Of a DNA stretch of 64,000 nucleotides, positions 9,332-17,700 are shown one piece after another. The notes under the pieces are model-generated. The model was not told where the DNA came from, did no database searches, and was given only the letters and a program-made list of their open reading frames with translations. The number at the start of each line of letters is the position of its first letter. Within the stretch, counting starts at the first letter, position 1. The position numbers and the translations under genes were made by a program. The stretch is taken from NCBI GenBank assembly GCA_963749445.1, contig CAVVMJ010000006.1, positions 10,979-74,978 of the forward strand, written 5' to 3'. Source of the DNA: an uncultured bacterium (GTDB lineage: Bacteria > Patescibacteriota > Doudnabacteria > UBA920).

Positions 9332-11246
9332 ATGCCCACCGATAATCAAATTACAGTTTTCGCCAAAACCAACTTCCGAGGCAGAGAAGCGCCTTTTGGC
9401 ATTAAAGCCGACGACCGGCGCCGCCACATGTACATTATCGGCAAGACCGGCATGGGTAAAACCACGCTCATGGAAAACATGGTCATTCAGGACATCCGTA
9501 ACGGTCACGGCGTGGCGTTTTTGGATCCGCACGGCGACTCTGTCCAGCGGATTTTGGATTCCGTGCCCTCCGGCCGCGTCAATGACGTCATTTATTTTAA
9601 CCCGGCGGATTTGGACTTTCCGGTTGCTTTTAACATTTTGGAATCCGTGGACCCCAAGTATAAGCACTTGGTGGCTTCGGGTTTGATGGGCGTGTTTACC
9701 AAAATTTGGGCGAATTTGTGGTCGGCCAGGATGGAATACATTTTGAATAACACGATTTTGGCTTTGCTGGACAGCCCGGGCAACACCCTTTTGGGCATTA
9801 CCCGGATGTACGTGGACAAAAAATACCGCAAACGGATTGTGGACAACGTCAAAGACCCAATGGTCCGCGCTTTTTGGGTGGATGAGTTCGCCAATTACAA
9901 CGAAAAGTACCGCACCGAAGCCATCGCGCCCATCCAAAACAAAGTCGGCCAATTTTTATCCAGCGCTATTATCCGCAACATTGTGGGCCAGCCCAAGAGC
10001 ACCATTGACTTGCGCGAAATTATGGACCAGCGCAAAATTTTGATTATGGATTTGTCCAAAGGCCGGATGGGCGAGGACAACTCGGCGCTGCTTGGCGCCA
10101 TGCTGGTGACCAAGCTGCAGCTGGCCGCCATGTCGCGCACCGACGTTGGAGGAAAAAGACCGCGAAGATTTTTACTTTTACGTGGACGAATTCCAGAATT
10201 TTGCCACGGAAAGCTTTGCCACAATTTTGAGCGAAGCGCGCAAATACCGCTTGAACCTGATTGTCGGCCACCAATATATTGCCCAGCTGGAGCAGGACAA
10301 GAGCACCAAAGTCCGCGACGCGATTTTCGGCAACGTCGGCACTATAGTAATTTTCCGCATCGGCGCCGAGGACGCGGAATTTTTGGTAAACGGAATTTGA
10401 GCCGGTCTTTACCCCCGTCTGATTTGGTGAACTTGCCCAAATACCAAATTATTTTAAAATTGATGATTAACGGCGTGGCTTCCGAGCCGTTTTCCGCCAC
10501 GACTTTGGCGCCCAAGCCCGAGCACAACACGGGCAACATCGGACAAAGTCATCAAGGTCTCGCGCGAGCGCTATAGCAATCCGGCCGCGGAAGTGGAAGA
10601 AAAAATTTCCCGCTGGATGGGCGCGGAATACCACCAGGAGTCGGCTTTGCAAATTGGCTCCGGGCAGACGGCGGAGCACCAGGAAGAGGAATCTTCTGAT
10701 AATTCAGTCAGCCCACCCGTTCCGGCGCCGCAAATTAAAAGTCCTGATATCAAAAAAGAAATGCCCGCGCCCCAACTATCAAATGAACTTGAATTTACCG
10801 ACGTAGGGGAGGGTTTAAAACCCTCCCCTACGGGGACGCAAAAAAATCAGGAACCCAAGCCCCAAAACCAGCAACGCGCCGATCGTCGTCCGGACCAACA
10901 TCGTAGCCAGCGCCAAGACCAACATAATCCCCATCGCGATAGAGAGAATCGCCGCCAATCGGATAACCGCCATCAGCAAAGCGGACAAAAGCCCAAACAA
11001 CCCGAACGCAAAGAAAACCCCATTTGGCAAACCGTACACGACATCCACAGCCAAAAACAAAAGCAAAATTCTGAGCAGACAAACCGCGCGGTGGCAAAAA
11101 TTTTCAAACCCGCAGAGCAGGTAAAAAACCCATCGGCTGATGAATTTTCGCGGCAAGATCTGTCTCCAGTTGTCCCACAACCCCCAACCCCTCCCAAACC
11201 CGCCGAGCGCACCGTCCTCAAACCCAACCAGCAATATAAAATTTAG
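9332..11246 (+). pseudogene. TraD/VirD4/TraG-family type IV coupling-protein-like P-loop ATPase. As written the gene is disrupted by four +1 frame changes at roughly 10143, 10392, 10416 and 10541. It ends in a long disordered Gln/Arg/Pro-rich tail.
   Basis: Walker A HMYIIGKTGMGKTTL..FLDPHGD in frame 2. Walker B YFYVDEFQNF and LIVGHQYIAQL in frame 0 (ORF 10146..10400). EFEPVFTP is in frame 1. SDLVNLPKYQIILKLMINGVASEPFSATTLAPKPEH is back in frame 2. DKVIKVSRERYSNPAAEVEEKISRWM is in frame 0 (ORF 10593..11246). Every shift sits at a homopolymer. Confidence 0.55.
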
Positions 11247-11567
11247 CTGGCGGGTTTGGAACGGTTTGACCAAAAATAAACCGTGGCATAAAATAGGTAA
11301 ACAACAATAACAAATATATGTTATCCACAGACGATATCAAAAAACTGACAGATTATCAAATCGAGGTTTTTAAAGATGTTTTTGCCACACAAAAAAATGG
11401 CTGATCTCCAATATTCCGTGGATTCTTTTGCCAAGGATAAGCGGACCAAAGACCAAGAAATCCCCGTCCCCGGCCGCAGAATTAAGGACGTGGGGAATTG
11501 GATAGACAAAGCCGCGCTCACAAAGTGGGCGTAAGCTTTGAACATTTTTGAACATTAGCGTTAGTTT

Positions 11568-11600
11568 TAAAAACCGCTGCCCCGAGCAGCGGTTTTTTGT
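11568..11600 (+). terminator. Intrinsic terminator AAAACCGCTGCCCCGAGCAGCGGTTTTTTG. A near-identical copy sits at 13616.
   Basis: GC stem followed by a T-run. Both copies are preceded by the identical string ttgaacattagcgttagtttt. Confidence 0.6.
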
Positions 11601-11679
11601 AAACGCGTGCGTGTGTATTATTAAATAGGTGATAGTCGGGGGAGGGCAGGGATTTTTACATTTCAGTATTCAAAAAAAT

Positions 11680-11713
11680 GTTACATTTGCGCGTACGTAC
11701 TCGCAAATGTAAC
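11680..11713. repeat. Palindrome TTACATTTGCGCGTACGTACTCGCAAATGTAA, an operator-like inverted repeat. A degenerate copy sits at 13720-13753.
   Basis: Perfect 11-bp arms around a CGTACGTAC centre. Confidence 0.5.
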
Positions 11714-11744
11714 AAAAAAAGGCTTTCAATAACGATAACAAAAT

Positions 11745-11768
11745 AATGGGTCATGTCCCCATTTGTCC
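11745..11768. repeat. Hairpin repeat AATGGGTCATGTCCCCATTTG. Further copies at 12726-12748 and 13926-13970.
   Basis: Three copies, each 100-250 nt upstream of a toxin-antitoxin cassette. Confidence 0.45.
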
Positions 11769-11874
11769 TATAAAGGTCTTGCCCAAAAAAACCGTTACTT
11801 CGGTAACGGGTTTTTTGTATTTAAAAAATTGGTGACAAATTTATGGGAATACGGGAAAGAAACTTTTGGCAAAA

Positions 11875-11919
11875 GTTGATGGCTTGTGCAAAATGCCAAA
11901 TGTCCAGACTTGACCCCCC
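11875..11919. repeat. About 50-nt repeat GTTGATGGCTTGTGCAAAATGCCAAATGTCCAGACTTGACCCCCC (rep50 copy 1 of 4). Other copies at 12895, 13791 and 14701. Its GTCAAGACTTGACCCC core is REP-like and also forms the terminal repeats of the Y1 transposase.
   Basis: Found by direct sequence comparison. Confidence 0.6.
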
Positions 11920-11994
11920 TTTCCTATCCTTTCCCAAGAAAACAGAGTTTACGCCGGACTTTTCAAAATCGCCATTTTATGATACCATACGGGT

Positions 11995-12276
11995 ATGAAT
12001 ATAGAAGAAATTAAAGTTAAAATTACCCCGATACTTTTAAGGCACGGGGTCAAGCGTGCCGCGGTTTTTGGCAGTGTGGCCAGGGGAGAGGAGCGGCCGG
12101 ACAGCGATGTTGATGTGGTTATAGAAATATCCAGACCGTACGGATTGTTTGAGTTTGTGGAGATAAAGCACGGTATGGAAGATACTTTGGGCAAAAAAGT
12201 TGACTTAGTTGAGTATAGTTCCATTAAACCCAGAATCAAAGATAATATCATCAAAGACCAAGTGCGGATATTATGA
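11995..12276 (+). CDS. Nucleotidyltransferase (MntA-type antitoxin of an MNT/HepT pair)
   Basis: GS..RG....SD.D sequence AAVFGSVARGEERPDSDVDVVI. Confidence 0.7.
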   Translation: MNIEEIKVKITPILLRHGVKRAAVFGSVARGEERPDSDVDVVIEISRPYGLFEFVEIKHGMEDTLGKKVDLVEYSSIKPRIKDNIIKDQVRIL

Positions 12277-12617
12277 TTAATCCGGGCGCGAGAGGATACC
12301 TTGAAGATATTTTGGAAGCTTTGGAAAAAATCCAAAGATATGTCTTTGGTATGTCCCTGGAACAGTTTAGGAATGATGAAAAGACGCAAGATTCAGTTAT
12401 TCGGAATTTTGAAATCATCGGCGAGGCGGTTAAGCGCATTTCAGAGGAATTTAAGAACAGCCACCCCGAAGTTCCATGGCGCTCCGCCGCGGGGATGAGA
12501 GACGCTTTGATTCATGATTATCCTAATATTGTGGCGGATGTTGTCTGGAAAACTGCGGTGGAAGATTTGCCGGTATTTAAAAAACAGATTACCGGATTAC
12601 TGAAGGATAATCCGTAA
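12273..12617 (+). CDS. HepT-like (DUF86) toxin
   Basis: It overlaps the MNT gene by 4 nt. RNFEIIGEAVKRISEEFK..PEVPW..GMRDALIHDY matches the HepT/DUF86 pattern. Confidence 0.7.
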   Translation: MINPGARGYLEDILEALEKIQRYVFGMSLEQFRNDEKTQDSVIRNFEIIGEAVKRISEEFKNSHPEVPWRSAAGMRDALIHDYPNIVADVVWKTAVEDLPVFKKQITGLLKDNP

Positions 12618-12894
12618 GGTTGGCGATTATTGTAAAATATCAAATGTCAAAATTTGACCCCCTGACGTTTAAGATTTGACCCCTGACGATGGGCGGTAAG
12701 ATATCCCGGCAAGCCAAAAGCTAAATAATGGGCCATGTCCCCATTTGCATTTGTCATCTTTGAGCATTAATATCACTTTTAAGAACCGCTTCTTATAGGG
12801 CGGTTTTTTGTTTTTGTCCAATTTTGAAATAACGCGCAGCCGAGCGTAAAGTCAACAAGGGTAATTTAGTGGGGGACGCATTATTTAAAACAAG

Positions 12895-12950
12895 ATGGTA
12901 AAAGCTGATGGCTTGTGCAAAATGTCAAAAATTCGGACTTGGCCCCCTGA
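12895..12950. repeat. rep50 copy 2
   Basis: GCTGATGGCTTGTGCAAAATGTCAAAAATTCGGACTTGGCCCCCTGACC. Confidence 0.55.
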
Positions 12951-12997
12951 CCTTGATACTTCCAGAAGTTCTGCTATAATACCACCAATAAACCTTT

Positions 12998-13288
12998 ATG
13001 AATTTAGAACAAATCAAGAAAAAAGTCAGCCCTGTGCTTCGCAAATACCGAGTGGAATACGCGGGTGTTTTTGGTTCGGTTGCCAGAGGCCAGGCGCGGC
13101 CGGACAGCGACGTGGATCTTTTGGTCAGGTTTGAAAAGGTTCCGAGCTTAGTGCAGTTTATCCGAATGGAAAACGAGCTTAAAGAAACATTGCGGACTAA
13201 AGTTGATGTGGTGGTGCAGGGTTCGGAAAAATTTCTTATTAAGCCCGGCATTGAAAAAGACTTAGCTTTACTTTATGGACAGAGATGA
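12998..13288 (+). CDS. Nucleotidyltransferase (MntA-type antitoxin), a paralog of the 11995 gene
   Basis: GVFGSVARGQARPDSDVDLLV. Confidence 0.7.
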   Translation: MNLEQIKKKVSPVLRKYRVEYAGVFGSVARGQARPDSDVDLLVRFEKVPSLVQFIRMENELKETLRTKVDVVVQGSEKFLIKPGIEKDLALLYGQR

Positions 13289-13598
13289 ACAATACAAACA
13301 GGATATTTTGGAAGCGATTTCCAAAATTGAGCAATCCGCGGCAGACTTGACTTATGAAAGTTTTGTAAACGATGCCGATACCTTTGACGCCTGTGTCAGG
13401 CGCTTGGAGATTATAGGAGAAGCAGTTAAGCGTTTATCCGGCGACATTAAAGACAAGGCACCGGACGTTCCCTGGAAAGAAATCGCGGGCTTTCGGGATA
13501 AAGCGATCCATGATTATGCGAGTTTAAATGCCGCCATTGTATGGGAAACTATCCGCACCGACGTACCGCAACTTAAAGCGGCTTTGTTGAAGCTTTGA
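13275..13598 (+). CDS. HepT-like (DUF86) toxin, a paralog of the 12273 gene
   Basis: RRLEIIGEAVKRLSGDIKDKAPDVPWKEIAGFRDKAIHDY. Confidence 0.7.
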   Translation: MDRDEQYKQDILEAISKIEQSAADLTYESFVNDADTFDACVRRLEIIGEAVKRLSGDIKDKAPDVPWKEIAGFRDKAIHDYASLNAAIVWETIRTDVPQLKAALLKL

Positions 13599-13615
13599 AC
13601 ATTAGCGTTAGTTTT

Positions 13616-13648
13616 AAAAATCGCTGCACCAAGCAGCGGTTTTTTGTA
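13616..13648 (+). terminator. Intrinsic terminator, a copy of the one at 11568
   Basis: AAATCGCTGCACCAAGCAGCGGTTTTTTG. Confidence 0.6.
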
Positions 13649-13790
13649 AAAATGCCGGTTGTTTAATATACGCGAGGTATTTCAGCGGAAAGTGCTCTTC
13701 TTGGGATGTGCAAAATATTGTTACATTTGCGCGTACGTACGCGAAAACGCAACAAAGGGGAAAAAGATTTGTAACGGATTTATTTTGAAA

Positions 13791-13836
13791 GTTGATGGCT
13801 TGTGCAAAAATGTCCAATGTCAAGACTTGACCCTCT
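13791..13836. repeat. rep50 copy 3. Its core contains the perfect palindrome GTCAAGACTTGAC.
   Basis: GTTGATGGCTTGTGCAAAAATGTCCAATGTCAAGACTTGACCCTCTG. Confidence 0.55.
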
Positions 13837-13847
13837 GTTTATTTAAT

Positions 13848-13920
13848 GGCGACAAAGTTAGGCTTAAATTCCACTTTAAGACGTCGCGGTGACCTAAAAA
13901 AGGTTCCTGACACCTTTTTC
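13848..13920. repeat. About 70-nt repeat GGCGACAAAGTTAGGCTTAAATTCCACTTTAAGACGTCGCGGTGACCTAAAAAAGGTTCCTGACACC (rep70 copy 1). Copy 2 is at 14804-14878.
   Basis: Two near-identical copies flank the HigBA cassette. Confidence 0.6.
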
Positions 13921-13985
13921 TTCCTAATGGGTCATGTCCCATTTGTCCTCCTTTGTCCCATTTGTCATTCCTGCTTTTTGCCCAC

Positions 13986-14013
13986 TTGACAGGCATATCT
14001 TATATGATATACT
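13986..14013 (+). promoter_or_regulatory. Promoter TTGACA-N16-TATACT with the TATACTAGTAGTAA extension
   Basis: Shares its extended -10 with the 6447 promoter. It lies 20 nt upstream of the higB-like start. Confidence 0.45.
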
Positions 14014-14032
14014 AGTAGTAAAATAAACACTT

Positions 14033-14398
14033 ATGGACGAATATAAAATTACGTTTTTTTATAATCCGGATACGGGGAAAATTCCGGTTCGGGAGTACTT
14101 GGACGGCATCGCCCAAAAGGAAAGGGCTAAAATTTTAAAGTACATTGAATTTTTAAGGGAACACAAAGGCGTACTTGATGAGCCATATGCCAAGCATATT
14201 CGGGATAAAATCAGGGAATTGCGCGTGGATTTTGGCGGAAACAGGCATCGAGTTTTCTTTTTTACTTTTGTCGGAAAAAATATTATTCTGCTCCACGCTT
14301 TTCTTAAAAAAACCACGGCAACTCCGGAATCGGAAATAGGCAAAGCGTTAAACAATTACCATCAAATTATTAATAACCCAAAGCTTTATGAAAACTAG
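14033..14398 (+). CDS. HigB-like toxin (Gp49/RelE-ParE superfamily)
   Basis: Pattern ..REYLD..KERAKIL..I..L..LRVDFGGN.HRVFF..GKNIILLHAFLKKT..TP..EI, followed by a 3'-overlapping HTH antitoxin gene. Confidence 0.6.
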   Translation: MDEYKITFFYNPDTGKIPVREYLDGIAQKERAKILKYIEFLREHKGVLDEPYAKHIRDKIRELRVDFGGNRHRVFFFTFVGKNIILLHAFLKKTTATPESEIGKALNNYHQIINNPKLYEN

Positions 14399-14687
14399 AA
14401 TAAGTCTAAAAAAATCAATAAGCTTTCAGGCTTACTTAAAAGCCCAGCTTAAAAATCCGCAAGTTAAAAAACATTACGATGAAGCCGGCAAGCGCTTAGA
14501 AATCGCTTATCAAGTGATTCAGTTGCGCAAGGAGGGAGGGGTATCCCAGTCGCAATTGGCGAAAAAACTGGGTACAACGCAAAGTAATGTTGCCCGCATA
14601 GAAGCCGGACAGCAAAATTTTACCGCAGAAACTTTGCAGAAAATCGCAAAAGCATTCCGGCGCGATTTGCGCATTGAATTTGTCTAG
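14388..14687 (+). CDS. XRE-family HTH antitoxin (HigA-like)
   Basis: LRKEGGVSQSQLAKKLGTTQSNVARIE helix-turn-helix. Confidence 0.6.
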   Translation: MKTRISLKKSISFQAYLKAQLKNPQVKKHYDEAGKRLEIAYQVIQLRKEGGVSQSQLAKKLGTTQSNVARIEAGQQNFTAETLQKIAKAFRRDLRIEFV

Positions 14688-14700
14688 AAGCGGTTAAAAA

Positions 14701-14746
14701 GCTGATGATTTATGTAAACTGTTCAATGTCTAGACTTGGCCCCCTA
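14701..14746. repeat. rep50 copy 4 (degenerate)
   Basis: GCTGATGATTTATGTAAACTGTTCAATGTCTAGACTTGGCCCCCTATCGC. Confidence 0.45.
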
Positions 14747-14803
14747 TCGCTTCTCTATGAAAAGAGGTGGCCCACTAGGAAAAGATTCCTGGGTAACTGT
14801 GAT

Positions 14804-14878
14804 GGCGACAAAGTTAGGCTTAAATTTCACTTTAAGACGTCGCGGTAGACCTAAAAAAGGTTCCTGACACCTTTTCTT
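14804..14878. repeat. rep70 copy 2
   Basis: GGCGACAAAGTTAGGCTTAAATTTCACTTTAAGACGTCGCGGTAGACCTAAAAAAGGTTCCTGACACC. Confidence 0.6.
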
Positions 14879-15102
14879 TGTCCAAAAAAAACAGGACCGG
14901 CGTTCCACAGGGGGAACGTCGGTCCGCGAGTTTGCCAGTTATTTGTGCCTGCGTTGGGCGCACCCGCTGGAACGGGGCTAGTAGGAGGCGACATACAGCG
15001 TCCCTCCGCTGACAGCCAGGTAAATGTTGTCGGAGAGCCGGGCAGTGCCCAGGTCAACTTGGCTCATTGCGCCGGCTGATAATGAGATACGATATACGAT
15101 AC

Positions 15103-16186
15103 GGGGTCAAGTCTATATTCTTGACAAAATATATTTGAGTTGATATTGTTTGATTATGGCCAGACCATTAAGAATAGAATACGAAGGTGCTTTTTATCAT
15201 GTTATTAATCGTGGTCTGGAACGCCGGGAAATATTCCGCCAGCCTAAAGACTACGAATATTTTTTAGGGCTGCTCGAATATATATACGAGAAATACGGAG
15301 TTATCGTTTACGCCTTTTGCCTAATGCCTAATCACTACCATCTATACCTCCAAACTCCCCAGGGAAACTTAAGCAAAGCCATGCGCCAGTTAGATGGCAA
15401 CCATACTCAGAAATTTAATAAACGCTATAAGAGAGTAGGCCCGCTGTTTCAAGGGCGTTACAAGGCAGTTTTAGTAGACAGCGACAGTTATTCCCTGCAA
15501 TTGGCCAAATATATCCATTTAAATCCTGTCAAAGCCAAACTAATACAAAAGCCCGAAGATTATCAACATTCCAGCTACTCCTCATATATCGGTAAAACCA
15601 AAGCCCCGATATTTCTTAACACTAAATGGGTGCTTTCTCAATACGCCAAGTCAAAAGGTAAAGCTGTTAAAGAGTTAAAAAAGCATACACTCGAAGCCCA
15701 AGAGGAAGATTGGGAGCCCGAAAAAGATACTTTTAAGAGCTTGATTTTAGGTGGCAGTGATTTTGTTAACCAAATACAGGAAGAATTTTTACAGGGAAAA
15801 GAAAATTTTGAAATTCCTAAGCTTAAAGCTGTTCAAAAAGTTTTATCCGCGCATGAAATAATTGCTAAAATTGACAGGCTTAAATTGGGTGAAAATGACA
15901 AGACCAAAATTATTGTTTACGCGTTAAAGAGGTACAGTCCGTTGACCTTAAAAGAGATAGGGGAGCAGTTTAATAATTTGCATTATTCCGCTGTCGCACA
16001 GATACTCATCCGACTGCAAAAGAAATTATCTACAGATAAACAGCTTGCAAAAACTGTCATTGAGGTTGATAAACTGTTTAACAATAAGTTAAAAATATAG
16101 ACTTGACCCCATATTCATATTCAAAAACTGTCATTGAGGTTGATAAACTGTTTAATAAGTTAAAAATATAGACTTGACCCCATATT
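15103..16186 (+). mobile_element. IS200-like / REP-associated-type Y1 (HuH) transposase element. Left terminal repeat GGGGTCAAGTCTATA at 15103-15117, right terminal repeat TATAGACTTGACCCC at 16096-16110, and a 62-67-nt tandem duplication of the right end (16050-16116 and 16125-16186).
   Basis: The terminal repeats are exact reverse complements of each other. The same core occurs in the rep50 copies scattered upstream. Confidence 0.6.
15150..16100 (+). CDS. Y1 HuH transposase (IS200/IS605-type or REP-associated tyrosine-transposase-like) with a roughly 170-aa C-terminal extension
   Basis: YHVINRG..ERREIF..DYEYFL..YAFCLMPNHYHLYL (the HuH motif) ..GPLFQGRYKAVLV..YIHLNPVKA..HSSYSSY. Confidence 0.7.
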   Translation: MIMARPLRIEYEGAFYHVINRGLERREIFRQPKDYEYFLGLLEYIYEKYGVIVYAFCLMPNHYHLYLQTPQGNLSKAMRQLDGNHTQKFNKRYKRVGPLFQGRYKAVLVDSDSYSLQLAKYIHLNPVKAKLIQKPEDYQHSSYSSYIGKTKAPIFLNTKWVLSQYAKSKGKAVKELKKHTLEAQEEDWEPEKDTFKSLILGGSDFVNQIQEEFLQGKENFEIPKLKAVQKVLSAHEIIAKIDRLKLGENDKTKIIVYALKRYSPLTLKEIGEQFNNLHYSAVAQILIRLQKKLSTDKQLAKTVIEVDKLFNNKLKI

Positions 16187-16354
16187 GACTATAACCGGCG
16201 GGGGCGGATAAATCAGCTTTAAACTTTTCCCGCCAAAATTTAAATTTAAGTTTTAGCGGAAAATGTGCTAAAATATAATCCCTATTGAATAGGGATTTAA
16301 ATATTTTGATGATATTTTTGGCTTAAGTAAAAGTAATTTTAAATTGAGGGGTTA

Positions 16355-16383
16355 TTGACAAAACTGTTTTAAAGTAGTATAAT
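16355..16383 (+). promoter_or_regulatory. Strong consensus promoter TTGACA-N17-TATAAT
   Basis: Read from the sequence; about 290 nt upstream of the 16671 gene. Confidence 0.4.
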
Positions 16384-16670
16384 ATAAAGTTAAATTGTAA
16401 AAAAATCTTTTATTAACTCTTATTAACTTTAGGATTTTTACGCCGGATAAATTTTAGATGGATATTTTTCAAACTCACGGCAGGCGAACTTAAATAAGGT
16501 TGAGGAGTAACGGATAGTTTTGTTTTCCTGCCATGCGTTTGATGATAGCAATTAGTTTGGCTTATTGTTAAAGCGCTAAAAATCAAGGAGGCCTATTGCG
16601 GGCTCAATATTCTGAGTGATTTGGGTATAATTTTTGTACCCGGTTCGCTCAGAAGTATTGGGCAAATAGT

Positions 16671-17429
16671 TTGCAAGGGAGTATTCAAATGATGAAGACG
16701 TTTTCCCTCGCGGTGCTCACCGCGATTCTCGCGCTGGCTGTTATGCCAAGCGCTTCCGCTCAGGGCTTCAGCGCTGTGACGCTGGACGCTTCGGCCGTAA
16801 GTTCTCACGGCGCGTGCCTGGTCGGGCAGATTGTGCCCAAGCCTGGCGCGTCAGTGGCAGGGGCCACACCGTATACGCAATTCGTTTACAACCCGGACTC
16901 GCCGCCGACGCCGAGTAATGGCGTAGGCGCCCCGTATGTCAGTCAATATGCACCCTCCGACGGGACAGGCCCGGTCGTGATGGATGTGGTTTCTTGCATC
17001 GGTCCGATTTTGCCAACGACCACGTATTATTTCAAGCTGACGGGCTCAACTAATTTCTACGTGGCCGGCAACGTGGTGACGTTCACAACCCTCGATGAGG
17101 GAGCTCCCTTCATCGATCCGGGATATGGCACCAAGCCCATCCCCGGATCCGGCAATCTCAAGGGTTGCGCGGGCTGTCAGGTCGCCGTGGTCGGGGAGAA
17201 CTTTGGGCCCTTGACCCAAGTTTACTTCAACGACACGCCGATCGATCCTAGCCTCGTATATGTCACCTTTGACCGACTACTCACCTTCCAACTTCCCGAC
17301 CGGCTTCCAGTCGGCTCGGTGTGGACCGTCCGGGTCGTGAACAACGGCCTAAGGTCAAACAGCGTCCCGCTCGTGGTCATCCCGGCGTCGGTCGCAAACG
17401 CGACCCCGAACCCCCCGAACACGAGGTGA
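16671..17429 (+). CDS. Secreted protein with a signal peptide and a C-terminal IPT/TIG-like domain. GC-rich relative to its flanks.
   Basis: Signal LAVLTAILALAVMPSASAQG. C-terminal VAVVGENFGP..VYFNDTPI..VTFDRLLTFQLP..VWTVRVVNNGLRSNSVPLVV. Confidence 0.45.
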   Translation: MQGSIQMMKTFSLAVLTAILALAVMPSASAQGFSAVTLDASAVSSHGACLVGQIVPKPGASVAGATPYTQFVYNPDSPPTPSNGVGAPYVSQYAPSDGTGPVVMDVVSCIGPILPTTTYYFKLTGSTNFYVAGNVVTFTTLDEGAPFIDPGYGTKPIPGSGNLKGCAGCQVAVVGENFGPLTQVYFNDTPIDPSLVYVTFDRLLTFQLPDRLPVGSVWTVRVVNNGLRSNSVPLVVIPASVANATPNPPNTR

Positions 17430-17700
17430 CGCCGCCATGCCACTTCGCCATCAACCTCGGGCGTGCCCCCGCATGCACGTCCGAGCGCAACACAGAGGGC
17501 CACCACCCAAGTATTTCTCGGTGGCCCTCTTTTTTTGTTTAAAAATATGTTAATTGCATCAATCAGGCCGAATATTTGCGATAATTGACAGGTGGATTGA
17601 TTTACGATTATACTATAAATACCATTCTTTTCCAGACTTTTCAATAGCTTGATTTTGTTCTATAATAAATTATACACATTAAGTTCCATGTTTTATCTCC

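Noticed and set aside
9332-11246. Programmed ribosomal frameshifting in the T4CP gene.
   Set aside because: Four successive shifts, with no slippery heptamer or stimulatory structure at a consistent spacing, are not credible as programmed events. The homopolymer context points to indel errors or decay.
7885-11246. A complete conjugative or type IV secretion locus, or a prophage.
   Set aside because: Only a coupling-protein-like ATPase and one membrane protein are present. No relaxase, VirB4, VirB6, integrase, capsid or terminase gene is found anywhere in the window.
11323-11555. Small plus-strand ORF pair MLSTDDIKKLTDYQIEVFKDVFATQKNG / MADLQYSVDSFAKDKRTKDQEIPVPGRRIKDVGNWIDKAALTKWA as a gene.
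   Set aside because: It is readable as one roughly 75-aa protein only if a 7-A run is corrected. There is no recognisable family, so it was not listed.
11536-16186. Possible CRISPR array or integron cassette array, suggested by the regularly recurring rep50/rep70 repeats.
   Set aside because: The repeats are irregularly spaced. The 'spacers' are whole TA genes, repeat lengths differ, and no cas or intI gene is present. The 70-nt repeat lacks paired attC R''(RYYYAAC)/R'(GTTRRRY) cores.
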